A stretch of DNA of 64,000 nt, taken from contig CAVVTZ010000007.1 of the NCBI GenBank assembly GCA_963751275.1, positions 544,001 through 608,000 on the forward strand, in the 5' to 3' direction. Under the pieces are notes generated by a model, which worked only from the letters and a program-made list of their open reading frames with translations, searched no databases and was not told where the DNA came from. The DNA comes from an uncultured Gemmatimonadaceae bacterium. Its GTDB lineage: Bacteria; Gemmatimonadota; Gemmatimonadetes; Gemmatimonadales; Gemmatimonadaceae. The first letter of the stretch is position 1; each line of letters starts with the position of its first letter. Both the position numbers and the translations under genes were made by a program. Positions 21,064-35,458 of the stretch are shown one piece after another.

Positions 21064-21492
21064 CTACTCGTCGCCCGCGGCGCCTCGTCCGCGCTTCCGC
21101 TCCGCGCGCCGCCGCTTCTCGCTCAATCGCCGCTCCACCGATCCGCGCGTCGGCTTCGTCGCCACGCGGCGCTTCGGCACCGCGAGCGCGCGCCGCACCA
21201 GCTCCGCCAGCCGCGACTCCGCGGCCTCGAGGTTCTGCCGCTGGCTCCGCCGCGCCGAACTCACTACTCTCAGGTTGCCGCCGCCGTCAAGCCGGGATCC
21301 GAGCTTGAGCAGCACACGCGCGCGCTGGTCGGCGTCCAGGGCGCGACTCTCAGCCACACCCCACACCACCTCGATGCGCGTGCTCGACGTGTTCACGTGC
21401 TGCCCGCCCGCGCCGCCCGCGCGCGAGGCGCGCACGGCGAGTTCATCGCGCGGGATCGACACCGCATCGGTCACTCGCACCGCGCCGCTCAC
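21064..21492 (-). CDS. arfB: Alternative ribosome-rescue peptidyl-tRNA hydrolase
   Basis: RAGGAGGQHVN (GGQ motif), RSQRQN, basic tail PKRRVATKPTRGSVERRL. Confidence 0.95.
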   Translation of the reverse strand: MSGAVRVTDAVSIPRDELAVRASRAGGAGGQHVNTSSTRIEVVWGVAESRALDADQRARVLLKLGSRLDGGGNLRVVSSARRSQRQNLEAAESRLAELVRRALAVPKRRVATKPTRGSVERRLSEKRRRAERKRGRGAAGDE

Positions 21493-22868
21493 GGGCGCTT
21501 CGCCTTGCCGCCCGCGCGCCCGTCCTTCGGCGCCGCCGCCACGGCGGGCGGCGCCCGCATCACGCGCACCGCCGCCACCCGCTTCCGGTCCATCGCCACC
21601 ACTTCCAGCTCGCCGCCGGGGAAGGGCACCCGCTCACCCACCCGCGGCACGCGCCCGAGCCGCGTGAACACATAACCGCCGAGCGTCGTCCAGCTCCCCT
21701 CGGGGATCTCCACCTGATAATCCTGCCGCACGTCGATCAGCGACATCGAACCCTGCAGTTCCAGCATCCCGCCGCTCGTCGTCGCCATGCGCTCGGCGCC
21801 GTCGTACTCATCGGCGATGTCGCCGATCAATTCCTCCACGAGATCCTCGAGCGTCAGCACGCCCTGCATGCCGCCGTGCTCATCGAGCACGATCGCCATG
21901 TGCGCGCGCGTCTTCCGCAATTCGTTCAGCACCAGCTCCGCGGCGCGCCCCTCCGGCACGAACATCGCCGGCCGCACGTACGAGCGCAGCACGAACTCCT
22001 CGCCGCGCTCGTGCATCCAGAGGTCCTTCGCGAGGAAGACGCCCACCACGTCGTCCGGCGACTCGTCGTACACCGGGTACCGCGAGTAGCCCTCGGCGCG
22101 CAGCGTCTTCCAGACCTCCTCCTCCGTCTCGCCGATCCACAGCGAAGAGACCTTCGTCCGCGGCCGCATCACGTCGCGCGCCTTCTTCTTCTGGAAGACG
22201 AACACGCCCTGCAGCACTTCGCGGTCGGTCTCGCTGAACTTCCCCTCGTCCAGCGATTGCCGCACGATCAGCTCCAGTTCCTCCGGCGAGTGCACCCTGG
22301 AGTGCCCGGTCGCCGGCTTCACGTGCAACACGCGCAGGATGCTGTTCGCCGACCCGTTGAGCACCACCGTGAACGGGCTCGCGAGCCAGGCGAACGCGCG
22401 CAGCGGGTACACGATGCGGCGCGCCATGCGCTCCGGATCGCTCAGCGCGATGGCCTTCGGCGTGAGCTCGCCGAGCACGATGTGAAGGATCGTGATGATG
22501 ATGAACGCCGTGGTCACCGCCGCGGCCGCGTGCGTCACGCCGCTCGGCGCGTCGATGCCCACGCGGACGAGCAGCCGCCGCAGCAGCGTGGCGATCGTCG
22601 CCTCGCCCACCCAGCCGAGCGCCAGCGACGCGCACGTGATCCCCAGCTGCGTCGCGGAGATGTACCGGTAGAGATTCTGCAGCACGCGCTGCACCGCGCG
22701 CGCGCGCACATCCCCGCGCTTCGCGAGCGCATCGATCTTGCTCCGCCGCGCGCTCACCAGCGCGAATTCCGCCATCACGAAGAACGCGTTGGCGCCCACG
22801 ATCAGCAGAACGGCGAACAGCCGCCAGCCGATCCCGCTCGCCGTCAGCTCGTCGGTCCCCACTTGCAC
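21489..22868 (-). CDS. Hemolysin-family (CNNM/DUF21-CBS-CorC) transporter-associated protein
   Basis: NAFFVMAEFALV, QLGIT, GELTPK, VMRPR, YSRYPV, VLDEHGG, TLEDLVEELIGDIADEYD. Confidence 0.92.
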   Translation of the reverse strand: MQVGTDELTASGIGWRLFAVLLIVGANAFFVMAEFALVSARRSKIDALAKRGDVRARAVQRVLQNLYRYISATQLGITCASLALGWVGEATIATLLRRLLVRVGIDAPSGVTHAAAAVTTAFIIITILHIVLGELTPKAIALSDPERMARRIVYPLRAFAWLASPFTVVLNGSANSILRVLHVKPATGHSRVHSPEELELIVRQSLDEGKFSETDREVLQGVFVFQKKKARDVMRPRTKVSSLWIGETEEEVWKTLRAEGYSRYPVYDESPDDVVGVFLAKDLWMHERGEEFVLRSYVRPAMFVPEGRAAELVLNELRKTRAHMAIVLDEHGGMQGVLTLEDLVEELIGDIADEYDGAERMATTSGGMLELQGSMSLIDVRQDYQVEIPEGSWTTLGGYVFTRLGRVPRVGERVPFPGGELEVVAMDRKRVAAVRVMRAPPAVAAAPKDGRAGGKAKRP

Positions 22869-22978
22869 GTAACTCCTTGTCGTATGTGCTCGTCCAAGAT
22901 ATAGCAAAACGCCACGATTCACGACGTCCGCGGTTCGGGCGCTCTGCAAGACCACGCCCCTTACTATACTATCACGGC

Positions 22979-24612
22979 ATGTTCGATCCGCGACGCGTAC
23001 TCCGCTGGATCTATATCGGGCGTCTCTCGCTCGCCGCCGCGATCTTCGTCGCCGCGCTCGTCCAATGGCGGCTCGCCAATGCCGGCGACACGCTCATCGC
23101 GACGCTCGCGCTCCTGAGCACGATCCTCTTCACCTTCTGGTCGCTCTGGCACGTCGGCGCCGCCGGCACGATCTCGCGCACCTTCTGCTATTTGCAGGCG
23201 CTGTTCGACGTCGCGCTCGTCACGGTGGTCGTGCACGTCACCGGCGGCGCCCTCTCGCTCTTCGCGCCGCTCTACATCCTCGTCACGGTCGGCGCGTCGC
23301 TCCTCCTCCCCGTGGGCGGCGTGCTCCTGATCGCCGCGCTCGGCAACGCCGCCTACTTCGCCGACGTCCTGCTCGGCCACCGCACGCCCGTCTCGCTGGC
23401 GCTCATCCTCCAGCTCGTCGTGTTCGCGCTCGTCGCCCTCGCGGTCGCCTATCTCGCCGCGCGCCTGCAGGAAGCCGGCGTCAACCGCGAAGAGCTCGAA
23501 GCGCGCCTCAACATCGCCAAGCTGCAGGCCGAGGACATCCTCAAGAACATCCGCAGCGGCATCGTCACCATCGATTCGCGCGGCCGCATGCTCTTCGCGA
23601 ACCCGATGAGTGGCACGCTGCTCGGCTTCGATTCCGAGAGCGTGCGCGGCCGGCCGGTGCGCGAGGTCTTCGCCAGCACCGCGCCCGCCCTCGTCGCCGC
23701 GCTCGAGCGCGCCGTGCAGGCGCGCGAACGCGTCACGCGCGGCGAGGCCGCGATCACGGTGCACGGCCGCACCTTCCCGATCGGGCTCACCACCACCACG
23801 ATCGACGCCGACGGCACGCCCGAAGGCATCTCCGCCACCGCGATCTTCCAGGACATCTCGGACAACAAACGCCTCGAGGAACTCCGCCTCCGCGCCGAAC
23901 GCCTCGAGGCCGTCGCCGAGCTCAGCGCCTCGCTGGCGCACGAGATCAAGAACCCGCTCGCCTCCATTCGCAGCGCCACCGAGCAGCTCGCCCGGCGTCC
24001 AAAGGCCGACGACGACGAACGCACGCTCGGCCGCCTCATCGTTCGCGAGTCCGACCGCCTCTCGCGCCTCCTCTCGGAATTCCTCGACTTCGCGCGCGTG
24101 CGCGTCACCCGCGGCGAGCGCGTGGACATGACCGCCATCGCGCGCACCGCCGCCGGCCTCGCCACCGCGCACCCCGACCGGAAGAAGGGCGTGAGCGTGC
24201 TCTGTATCGCGCCCACCGGCCCGCTCTTCGTCGAGGGCGACGAGGACCTCCTCCACCGCGCGGTGTTCAACATCGCCCTCAACGCGGTGCAGGCATCGCG
24301 CGAGAACGGCGAGGTGCGCATCGAGATCGGCACGATGGCGGTGGACCAGATCCCCACCGGCGTGCCCTTCACCATGCACGCCGTCTCGCTGCGCGTCACC
24401 GACGACGGCCCCGGCATCCCCGTCGAGATCCGCGACCGCGTCTTCGATCCCTTCTTCACCACCAAGCCGGGCGGCAGCGGACTCGGTCTCCCGATCGTCC
24501 ACCGCGCCATCGAGGCGCACCGCGGCTTCGTCTTCCTCGACAGCTCGAGCAAGGGAACGAAGTTCACCGTGCTGCTTCCCCTCGCGCGCCCGCCCGTCAG
24601 CGGAGACCTCAC

Positions 24613-24616
<4 letters not shown>
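22979..24616 (+). CDS. pilS: PilS-like sensor histidine kinase (about 6 TM, PAS, HisKA, HATPase)
   Basis: N-terminal membrane domain with HVTGGALSLFAPLY, PAS region, LAHEIKNPL, FDPFFTTK, GSGLGL. Heads the type IV pilus cluster. Confidence 0.8.
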
Positions 24617-25990
<1,374 letters not shown>

Positions 25991-25994
<4 letters not shown>

Positions 25995-27670
25995 CCGCTC
26001 CCGCCGGCGAGGCGGCCGCGCCGCTCTCCATCACCGTCTCCCGATTCTTCCCCTCGCGCGCGCGGCTGCACCGCTGGGCCCCGCTCGTCGTCGCGCTCGT
26101 CGCGATGGCGGTGTACGCGAACGCCCTCGAGAACGGCTACGTGCTCGACGACCGCGGCATCCTGCTGAAGAATCCGCTCGTCTCGAGCGTAAGCGGCATC
26201 TGGCGCGCCTTCGCGAATCCCTACTGGCCGGCGGCGCTGGGCGGCGGGCAGTACCGCCCGCTCGCGATCGCCAGCTTCTCGCTGGACTGGTGGCTCTCGG
26301 GCGGCGATCCGATGTGGCTGCACGCGGTGAACATCCTCTGGCACGCGGCGGCGTCGGTGCTGGTATGGTTCCTCGCCGCCGAGCTGCTCGCGCCGGCGGC
26401 CGCGCTGGGCGCCGCGCTGCTCTTCGCCGCGCACCCGGTGCACGTGGAGGCGGTGTCGAACGTGGTGGGCCGCTCGGAGTGCATGGCCGCGGCGTTCGTG
26501 CTCGCCGCATTGCTCGCGCACCGGCGCAATTCCTGGCTCGCGATCGTGTTCCTTCCGCTCGCACTCTTGTCCAAAGAGAGCGCCGCAGTCTTCCTCGGGC
26601 TTGCGGTGCTCCACGACCTCACCGTGGCCGGCCCCGCGCACGCCGCGCTGCGCGCGCGGTGGCCGCTCTACCTCGGCTACGTTCTGATCGGAGTCGTCTA
26701 CGCCGGCGTGTTCCTGAGCGTGTTCTGGCGCGTGCCGCCGGTCGCCCCAGCTCCCGTATTCATCGGCGCTTCCACCGCCGACCGCCTCCTCACCATGACG
26801 TCGGTCATCCCGGAGTACGCGCGGCTGCTCTTCGTGCCCGCGCGGCTCTCCGCCGAGTACGTGCCGGCGGTGATCGACCTCGCCACGTCGGTGACGTGGG
26901 GGGTGGTGATGGGCGTCCTTCTGGCGGCGGTGCTCGTGGCGGCGATATTCCTCGCGTGGCGCCGGGCGCCGGAAGCGGCCTTCGCGCTGGCGTGGGTGCC
27001 CGTGACCCTGACCCCCGTCTCGAACGTCCTAGTCGTGACGGGCGTGGTGCTCGCCGAGCGAACGCTGTATCTGCCCAGCGTCGGCGCCATGCTCGCGGTG
27101 GGATGGGCGATCGAGCGGTATGGCTGGCGCGCGCCGCGAGGGGTCGGCGCGGCGGTGGCGGCGGTGCTCGTCCTGTTCGCGGTGCGCACCTGGACGCGCA
27201 CCGACATCTGGCACGATCCGAAGACGTTCATGCTCACGAACCTCGAAGAGAATCCCGAGTCGTACAAGGCGCACTGGAGCATCGGACGGGTGGATGCGGT
27301 GTCGGGCCGGCTGGCTGACGCGGAACAGGAGTACGCGACGGCGCGTGAATTGTTCGGGCGCGACGCGGTGCTCTGGCGGGAGAGCGGGGAATTGAAGTTG
27401 AAGACGGAGGACTGGGCGGGCGCGGCGGCAATGTTCGCGCGCGCGTTCGCCGTGGCGCCTCACGATACGATGATCGCCGATTCGACGTGGGCGCGGGCGG
27501 TGCTCGTCAAGCCGGATGTCTGGCAGCTGCAGGCGGGCTACGCGGACTTCTTGCTGGAAAGAGGGGATACGACGTCGGCGCGCGCTCACGCGGATCGCGC
27601 CGTCGAACTCAGTGCAGGAGCGCCCCCCGCTCTGGCGGTGCGGGCCCGAGCCAAGGGCATGATACCATGA
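25991..27670 (+). CDS. TMTC-like (DUF1736 + TPR) GT-C glycosyltransferase
   Basis: YANALENGYVLDD, YRPL, HPVHVEAVSNVVGRSE, LLSKE, AERTLYLPS, RTDIW, C-terminal TPR-like helices. Confidence 0.85.
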
Positions 27671-28922
27671 CGGATCCGCTTCGCAGAGAGTCCACGAGCG
27701 TGCCGCAGGACCTGGGCAAGTTCCAGCTGTTCACCTCGCTGAAGACCGAGATGATGCTCAATCTCGCCGTCCTCGGCACCGCGGCCCTCTCGCTGGCCGC
27801 GCTCAACGTGGTGGTGCTCGAGAGCATCATCATGACGAGGAACGGGGCGATCTACCTGGGCCTGCTCTTCATCGCGGACATCGTCCTCTTCGTCGCCTTC
27901 GGCGCGTACAAGATCCAGGGCCTCGTGCTCGACCCGCTCGACGAGATCGTGGATACCACGGAAGCGATCGCGAACGGCGACCTGTCGCGGCGCGCCCCCA
28001 GGGGGAACAACCGCGAGTTCGCGCGCCTCTCGCGCAGCGTCAACCGCATGACGGCCCGCATCCTCGAGGAGCAGGCGCAGCGCACCCACCTCGAGAAGGT
28101 CGCGAGCGTGGGCCGGCTCGCCGCCGGCGTCGCGCACGAGATCGGCAATCCGCTCGGCGCGATCAATGGCTACACGCATCTCCTCCAGGCCTCGGCCGTG
28201 CCCGGCACCGAAGCGGCCGACGCGCTCAAAGGGATCGAACGGGAGAGCGCGCGCATCGACCGCATCATGCGCGGCATGCTCGAATACGCGCGCCCGCGCC
28301 GCCGCACGAGCGGCGCCGTGGACGTGAGCGCCGTGGCCAAGCGGGCCGCCGAGATGCTGCGCGACCAGGGCGCGCTCCGCGCCACACAGCTGCACACGAC
28401 GCTCGGTGAGAATCTCCCCACCATCAGCGGCGACCGCCACGAGATGGAACAGGTGTTCGTCAACTTGATGCTGAACGGCGTGGATGCGCTCGGCGGGAAG
28501 GGCGAGATGTGGCTCGTCGTCCAGTGCGTCCCCTTCGACGAGATCTTCGGCAGCCACGCGCGCCGCGCCGAGGACCCGGGCGGCGTGCTCATGGTGCGCG
28601 AGCACAGCGCGCGCGTGCGCGCGTGGCTCAATACCGTGGGCGAGCCCACGCGCATCATCAAGGTCATCGTCTCGGACAACGGGCCGGGCGTCCCGATCAC
28701 CGACAGCGAGCGCGTCTTCGACCCGTTCTTCACCACCAAGGACCCGAACAAGGGCACCGGGCTCGGGTTGGCGATCGTGTCGCGGATCATCGAAGGCATG
28801 GGCGGCACGATCTGGGTGCGGCAGGCGCGCGAGGGCGGCGCCGCCTTCATGATCTACTTGCCGGTGCCCGAGGGCGGCGCCGGCGATCCCACTCCCGCGA
28901 CCTTGGCCGCGATCGAGCGCAC

Positions 28923-28926
<4 letters not shown>
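27667..28926 (+). CDS. Sensor histidine kinase (HAMP, NtrB-like)
   Basis: Two TMs, HAMP, GVAHEIGNPL, NLMLNG, DNGPG, FDPFFTTK, GTGLGL. Confidence 0.93.
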
Positions 28927-30272
<1,346 letters not shown>

Positions 30273-30367
30273 TCCGGCGCGGTGTTCCGCGCCGTCGTGC
30301 AATGGTCGGGTGACACGGTCCGGCGCGTTCCGCCACACATTGGCGGCCCCTTCACCGCCAGGCCGCC

Positions 30368-30736
30368 GTGCCGCGCTCGCTCCGCTCGTCCACCATCCCC
30401 GCGGGATTCACCCTCGCCGAGTGCCTCGTCGCGATCACGCTCTTCGCGGTGGGCCTGCTCGGACTCACGGGCACCGAGCTCGCCGTGGAGCGCATCGGCG
30501 CGGCCGGAGAACAGCGTGCCCGCGGCGCGGCCACCGCCTGGGCCCGGCTCGAATTGATCCGGAGCGCGCCGTGCGCCGCGCGCGCGTCCGGCGCCGCGGT
30601 CACGAGCGGAACGGCCGAGCGCTGGACCGTGGTCTCCGCCAGCGGCGCCACCACCGTGAGCGACAGCGTGACCCTCCCGTCGGCCGCCGGACGCGCGCCG
30701 GTCATCTTCGCCCTCGAGAGCGCCATGCCATGCTGA
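30368..30736 (+). CDS. Minor pilin, PilV-like
   Basis: Prepilin motif G|FTLAECLVAITLFAVGLLG with Glu at +5. Confidence 0.75.
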   Translation: MPRSLRSSTIPAGFTLAECLVAITLFAVGLLGLTGTELAVERIGAAGEQRARGAATAWARLELIRSAPCAARASGAAVTSGTAERWTVVSASGATTVSDSVTLPSAAGRAPVIFALESAMPC

Positions 30737-31602
30737 CCGCGCCGCGCGGATTCTCCCTCGCCGAACTGCTCGTCGCCGTGGTGCTCGCCTGCGCGATCGG
30801 CGCCGCCGTGATGGACTCCGCCGTCCGCCAGCAGCGCTTCTTCGCGGCCGACGCGCGCGCCGCCGTCGCGCACGCCGCTGTGCGCCAGGCCGTGGATGTG
30901 CTCTCCGCGGATCTCCGCGCGCTCACCCCCGCCGACGGCGATCTGTACGTGACCGCGCCGGACCACGTCGATTTCCGCATGCTCCTCGGCGCCTCCGTCC
31001 TCTGCACCATCGCGGCGTCGCGCGACGCCGCGGTGCTCCCGCCGCTGCGCACGGCGTCCGCGCTCGGTCTCACCAGCTGGGTCGCGGCGCCTGCCGCCGG
31101 CGACACGCTGCTCGTGCTCGATGCCGGCGGTCCCGGCGCGGCCGACGACCGCTGGGCGCGTCATGTGCTCGCCGCCGATCCCGCGCCCGGCGGTGTGTGC
31201 CCCGTGTCGAGCGGATTCACCGCCAGCGCGGCGGAAGCGGCCGCCGGTTGGAACGTGCGATTCTCCCCGCCGCTCGCCGCGACGGTGATGCCCGGCGCCG
31301 CCGTCCGCTTCGTGCGCCGCGCGCGCTTCGAGCTGTATCGCGCCGCCGACGCCAAATGGTATCTCGGTTTCTCCGACTGCCTCGCCACGCGCACGACGCC
31401 GTGCGCCGTCGTGCAGCCGGTGAGCGGGCCGTACGATGCCTCGGGCATCGGCTTCTCCTATCTCGATTCGCTCGGCGCCGCGGCCGCGCCGCCCGCCGTG
31501 GCTGGCATCATGGTGAGCGTGCGGGCGTCGGCCGCGGGCGCGGCGCCGGCCGGCGCGCGGTCGCGCGATTCCGCGCGCGCCGTGATCGCGCCGCGCAACT
31601 AG
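30730..31602 (+). CDS. Minor pilin, PilW-like
   Basis: RG|FSLAELLVAVVL with Glu at +5, helix ending LSADLR, C-terminal IAPRN typical of PilW/GspJ-like proteins. Confidence 0.8.
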   Translation: MLTAPRGFSLAELLVAVVLACAIGAAVMDSAVRQQRFFAADARAAVAHAAVRQAVDVLSADLRALTPADGDLYVTAPDHVDFRMLLGASVLCTIAASRDAAVLPPLRTASALGLTSWVAAPAAGDTLLVLDAGGPGAADDRWARHVLAADPAPGGVCPVSSGFTASAAEAAAGWNVRFSPPLAATVMPGAAVRFVRRARFELYRAADAKWYLGFSDCLATRTTPCAVVQPVSGPYDASGIGFSYLDSLGAAAAPPAVAGIMVSVRASAAGAAPAGARSRDSARAVIAPRN

Positions 31603-31605
31603 CGC

Positions 31606-32040
31606 ATGGCGCGCCGCCGCGGAGTCGCGCTCGCCATCGTGCTCGCCGCGCTCGTCGTGGCGGGTGCCCTCGCCGCCGGAGCGGTCATGGCCGCCGGCCA
31701 GGCGATCCGCGACGCCGCCGGCGCGGTCGCGCGCGCCGCCGTGCTGGCGCGGGCCGAGCGGGCGCTCGCGCTCGCGATCACCGGCCCGGAATGGGACAGC
31801 GCGTGGTCGGCGCCCGGCGCACCCGGACTCCTGGCCGTCCGGTCGCACGTGAGCGGCGCGATCACCGACTCCTTGATGATCGTGCGACTCACCGACGAGA
31901 ATTACCTCCTCCTCTCCGAGGCGCGCGCCGCCGGCCCGCCCGCCCTTGCCGCGCGCGCCCGCCTCTCCCTGCTCGTCGTGCTGGACGCGGCGCGGCGTCC
32001 CGTGCGCGCCGGGGCACATGCGTGGGCGCCCATGCCCTGA
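31606..32040 (+). CDS. Short minor pilin, PilX-like
   Basis: RRRG|VALAIVL with a hydrophobic residue at +5 (PilX/GspK hallmark), and an AERAL helix. Confidence 0.65.
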   Translation: MARRRGVALAIVLAALVVAGALAAGAVMAAGQAIRDAAGAVARAAVLARAERALALAITGPEWDSAWSAPGAPGLLAVRSHVSGAITDSLMIVRLTDENYLLLSEARAAGPPALAARARLSLLVVLDAARRPVRAGAHAWAPMP

Positions 32041-32241
32041 GTTGCGCCCTTTGACCTTGCTTGCTCTCACGAAACGAGATACCCGCCTGACATCACGCGT
32101 TACTTTAGCCCGCCCTGCTCGTGTGATTAGCGATAAGGCCTTGGCACCGGTCGGTCGAAGTTCGGTGCCGGCTCGTATTCGTGTTCGTCGGCGCGCGCAT
32201 CAACGCGTGCGTTTTCGCTTCCACCAACCTCGGCCTCTCAC

Positions 32242-33288
32242 ATGGCGCTCTTCGGCAAGAAGAAGACGACGATCGGCCTCGACATCGGATCGGGTCTCAT
32301 CAAGGTCGCAGTCGTGGATCACAGCCGCTCCGAGCCCGAGCTCGTGAAGGTCGCGATCGCGCCGCTGCTCGCCGACGCGATCGTCGAGGGCGAAGTGATG
32401 GATCCCGGCATCGTCGCCGATGCGATCCGCACCGCGCTCGCCGGCACGGGCACGAAATCGAAGTCCGTCGTCACCGCCGTCGGCGGCCGCGACGTGATCA
32501 TCAAGAAGATCCAGATCGACCGGGTGAAGGAGCAGCAGGCGCGCGAGCTGATCCGCTGGGAAGCGGAGCAGCACGTCCCGTTCGACATGGAATCGGTCGA
32601 GCTCGATTTCCAGATCCTCGATCCCGACGCCGATGGCCTCGAGATGAGCGTGCTGCTCGTGGCCGCCAAGCGCGAGCTGATCGAAGGCAAGCTCCGGCTG
32701 CTCGTGGATGCCGAGGTCCAGCCGGCGATCGTGGACGTCGACGCTTTCGCACTGCACAACGCGTTCGAGGTGAACTACCCCGAGGCGATGAGCGGCGTGG
32801 TCGCTCTCGTGAACATCGGGCACGAAGTCACGAACATCAACATCCTCGACGACGGCGTGCCGCTGCTCACCCGCGACATGACGGTGGGCACGCGCCGCTT
32901 CCGCGAGGATCTGCAGCGCGAGCGCGGGCTGAGCGCGGAGGAGGCCGATGGCGCTGCTGCAGGGCTTCGAGCGCTCGCCGCACCTGCACGTCGATGATCG
33001 ACACGCGCGGCGAGGAGCTCGCCGTCGGCATCGAGCGCGCGGCCGCGTTCCTCGCGTCGTTCGTCGCGCTCGGCGGCCAAGCTGAAGCGCGGCGTACACC
33101 TGCGGCGGCGGCGCCCGCATGCCCGGTCTCACCGAGGCGCTCGCGGCCCGTCTTCGCATTCCGGTGACCAGGCCAACCCGTTGCAGCGCTTGCGAGTGCG
33201 TGACGGCGCTCTCGAGTCGCTCGTCACGGACGAAGTCGCTCCGCTGCTGATGCTGCCCATCGGACTGGCGCTCCGCCAGGTCGCCTGA
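32242..33288 (+). CDS. pilM: Type IV pilus assembly protein PilM (several apparent indels after about 32950)
   Basis: IGLDIGSGLIK, WEAEQHVPF, VLLVAAKRE, VDVDAFAL. Downstream fragments CGGGARMPGL and PIGLALRQVA* in shifted frames. Confidence 0.9.
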
Positions 33289-33309
33289 CCCAACTGACAA
33301 GGTCGCGAC

Positions 33310-34044
33310 ATGATTGAGATCAACCTGCTTCCTGGCACCACCAGCAAGGCGCGTGGCCGCAGCGGACCCGGTGTCGATTTCGCCGGCGCCGCCGCGGGCA
33401 TCGTCAACCGCGTCAAGGACCCGTATCTCATCGGGGCCATGGCGAGCGTCGTCGTCTCGCTCGCGGTGATCGTCGGCGCGATGTGGTGGCAGCGCGGCCA
33501 AGAGGCCGACCTCGACCGCCAGCTCCAGGGCGCGGTCAGCGACTCCACGCGCTTCACCGGCGTCATCCGCGAGAAGCGGCACGCCGAGGCCGAGCGCGAT
33601 TCCGTCGTGCGGCAGGTCGATCTCATCAAGAGCTTCGACAACAAGCGCTTCGTCTGGCCGCACATCATGGACGAGATCAGCCGCGCGCTGCCGCCGTACA
33701 CGTGGATCACGCAGATCCAGCAGACGAACTCGAGCACGATCACCGCGGCCACCCCGGCGCCCGCCGCCGCGAAGCCCGGCCCGCCGCGCCTGCCCGAGGT
33801 GGACAGCAGCAGCGTGCCGCGCGTCCGCCTCCGCATCATCGGGAACACCGTCGATATCCAGGCGCTCACGCGCTTCATGAAACTCCTCGAGGCGTCCCCC
33901 TTCCTCGAGAACGTCCAGCTCGACAAGTCGTCGATCATCCTGATCGATGGCAAGGAAGTCACCGAGTTCACGCTCACGGCGTTCTACCAGAACCCCGACC
34001 CCTCGGCGATCAAGACGGTTCCCGTTTCCCTGGCGGTGAGGTAG
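33310..34044 (+). CDS. pilN: Type IV pilus assembly protein PilN
   Basis: MIEINLLP N-terminus, TM, coiled coil, LPPYTWI, FMKLLEASPF. Confidence 0.92.
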   Translation: MIEINLLPGTTSKARGRSGPGVDFAGAAAGIVNRVKDPYLIGAMASVVVSLAVIVGAMWWQRGQEADLDRQLQGAVSDSTRFTGVIREKRHAEAERDSVVRQVDLIKSFDNKRFVWPHIMDEISRALPPYTWITQIQQTNSSTITAATPAPAAAKPGPPRLPEVDSSSVPRVRLRIIGNTVDIQALTRFMKLLEASPFLENVQLDKSSIILIDGKEVTEFTLTAFYQNPDPSAIKTVPVSLAVR

Positions 34045-34046
34045 CC

Positions 34047-34679
34047 ATGGCCGGTCTCCCGAAGGGACAGCGCGAACAGGTCATGCTCCTGCTCGGCGTC
34101 ATCGCGATCGCCGCCATCGGCATCGATTGGTACTACGTGTACCGGCCGAAGGCGGACAAGATCGAGGCGAAGCGCGAGCAGCTCGACCGCTTGATCGAGA
34201 TCAACCAGAAGGCGAAGTCGGAGATGACCAAGGGCAGCCTCGACCAGCTCCGCCGGCAGCTCGCCGAGTACCAGCAGAATCTCGTGCTCATCCGCACGCT
34301 CGTGCCGGTGGGGAACGAGGTGCCGTCGCTGCTCGAGCAGGTGTCCACCGCGGCGCGCCGCGCCGGCCTCGACGTGTCGGCGGTCGATCCGCAGGCGGTC
34401 ATCGAGGGCGAGAACTACGACACCTACCGCTACAAGATGACGGTGGTGGGCGGCTACAACGCGCTGGGCGAGTTCTTCGCCAACGTGGGCAACCTGACGC
34501 GCATCATCCTGCCCGTGAATATGTCGCTTGCGGCGCCGTCGAACCCGCAGCTCTCCAAGGCGACGAAGAAGACCACGGACGACGCAGTGGTCGAAGCCCG
34601 CTTCGAGCTGCAGACGTTCGTCGCCAAGCCGCAGAACATGGATCAACCGGGTCCCAAGAAGAGCGGAGCCAAGAAATGA
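34047..34679 (+). CDS. pilO: Type IV pilus assembly protein PilO
   Basis: TM, coiled coil, VPVGNEVPSLL, GGYNALGEFF. Follows pilN. Confidence 0.9.
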   Translation: MAGLPKGQREQVMLLLGVIAIAAIGIDWYYVYRPKADKIEAKREQLDRLIEINQKAKSEMTKGSLDQLRRQLAEYQQNLVLIRTLVPVGNEVPSLLEQVSTAARRAGLDVSAVDPQAVIEGENYDTYRYKMTVVGGYNALGEFFANVGNLTRIILPVNMSLAAPSNPQLSKATKKTTDDAVVEARFELQTFVAKPQNMDQPGPKKSGAKK

Positions 34680-35458
34680 GCGCACGCATCCGAATTGTCG
34701 CGCTCGCGGCTTCCGCCGCGATCTCGGCCGCCGGCCTGAACGCCGCCGCGCAGTCGATGCCGAACATCACGGCGCCGAAGACCGCGGCTACGAACGCGGC
34801 CGCGGCGACCAACGCGCACATCCAGGCGGAGCAGAACACGGGCGCCCCGCCGCCGCAGTCGGCGGCGAAGCCCACCGCCACTCCATATACGAAGCCAACG
34901 GCCCCGCCGCCGGCTCCCAAACCGTCCGCCGCGCCCCAACAGTCGGCGGCCAAGCCGGCTGTCGGCGTGCAGAATCCGGGCAAGCCGCCAGCGGCTCCGC
35001 CCGTCGCCGCCAAGCCGGCGCCCGCGTCGGCCGCTCAGACGAAGGGCGGCAAGGCCGCACCCGCCGCCGCCCCCGCCGCCGCCGCGCCCGACCAGTCGAG
35101 CTCGGTCTCGGAACGCGGCGGCAAATCGGAGATCTCGCTCCTCCGCGAGACCTTCACCTACCAGTCCGACAACCGGCGGGATCCATTCCTCTCGCTGATG
35201 CGCACGGGCGACCTCCGGCCAATGGTCTCCGACCTCCGCCTCGTCGCCGTGATTTACGACCCCCAGGGCCGGAGCGTCGCTATCCTGCGCGACCTCCAGA
35301 CCAAGGAGCAGTACCGCGTGAAGGTCGGGCAGACGCTCGGCCGCATGCGCGTGAACCAGATCCGTCCACAGCAAGTGATCTTCACGATCGAAGAGATCGG
35401 AATGACCCGACAGGAAGCGCTTGGGATGAACGCAACGACGACCACGAGGGCGCAATGA
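34676..35458 (+). CDS. PilP-like protein with long Pro/Ala/Lys linker
   Basis: Signal peptide, low-complexity linker, YQSDNRRDPF motif, LRLVAVI..YRVKVGQTLG beta domain. Lies between pilO and pilQ. Confidence 0.75.
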   Translation: MSARIRIVALAASAAISAAGLNAAAQSMPNITAPKTAATNAAAATNAHIQAEQNTGAPPPQSAAKPTATPYTKPTAPPPAPKPSAAPQQSAAKPAVGVQNPGKPPAAPPVAAKPAPASAAQTKGGKAAPAAAPAAAAPDQSSSVSERGGKSEISLLRETFTYQSDNRRDPFLSLMRTGDLRPMVSDLRLVAVIYDPQGRSVAILRDLQTKEQYRVKVGQTLGRMRVNQIRPQQVIFTIEEIGMTRQEALGMNATTTTRAQ

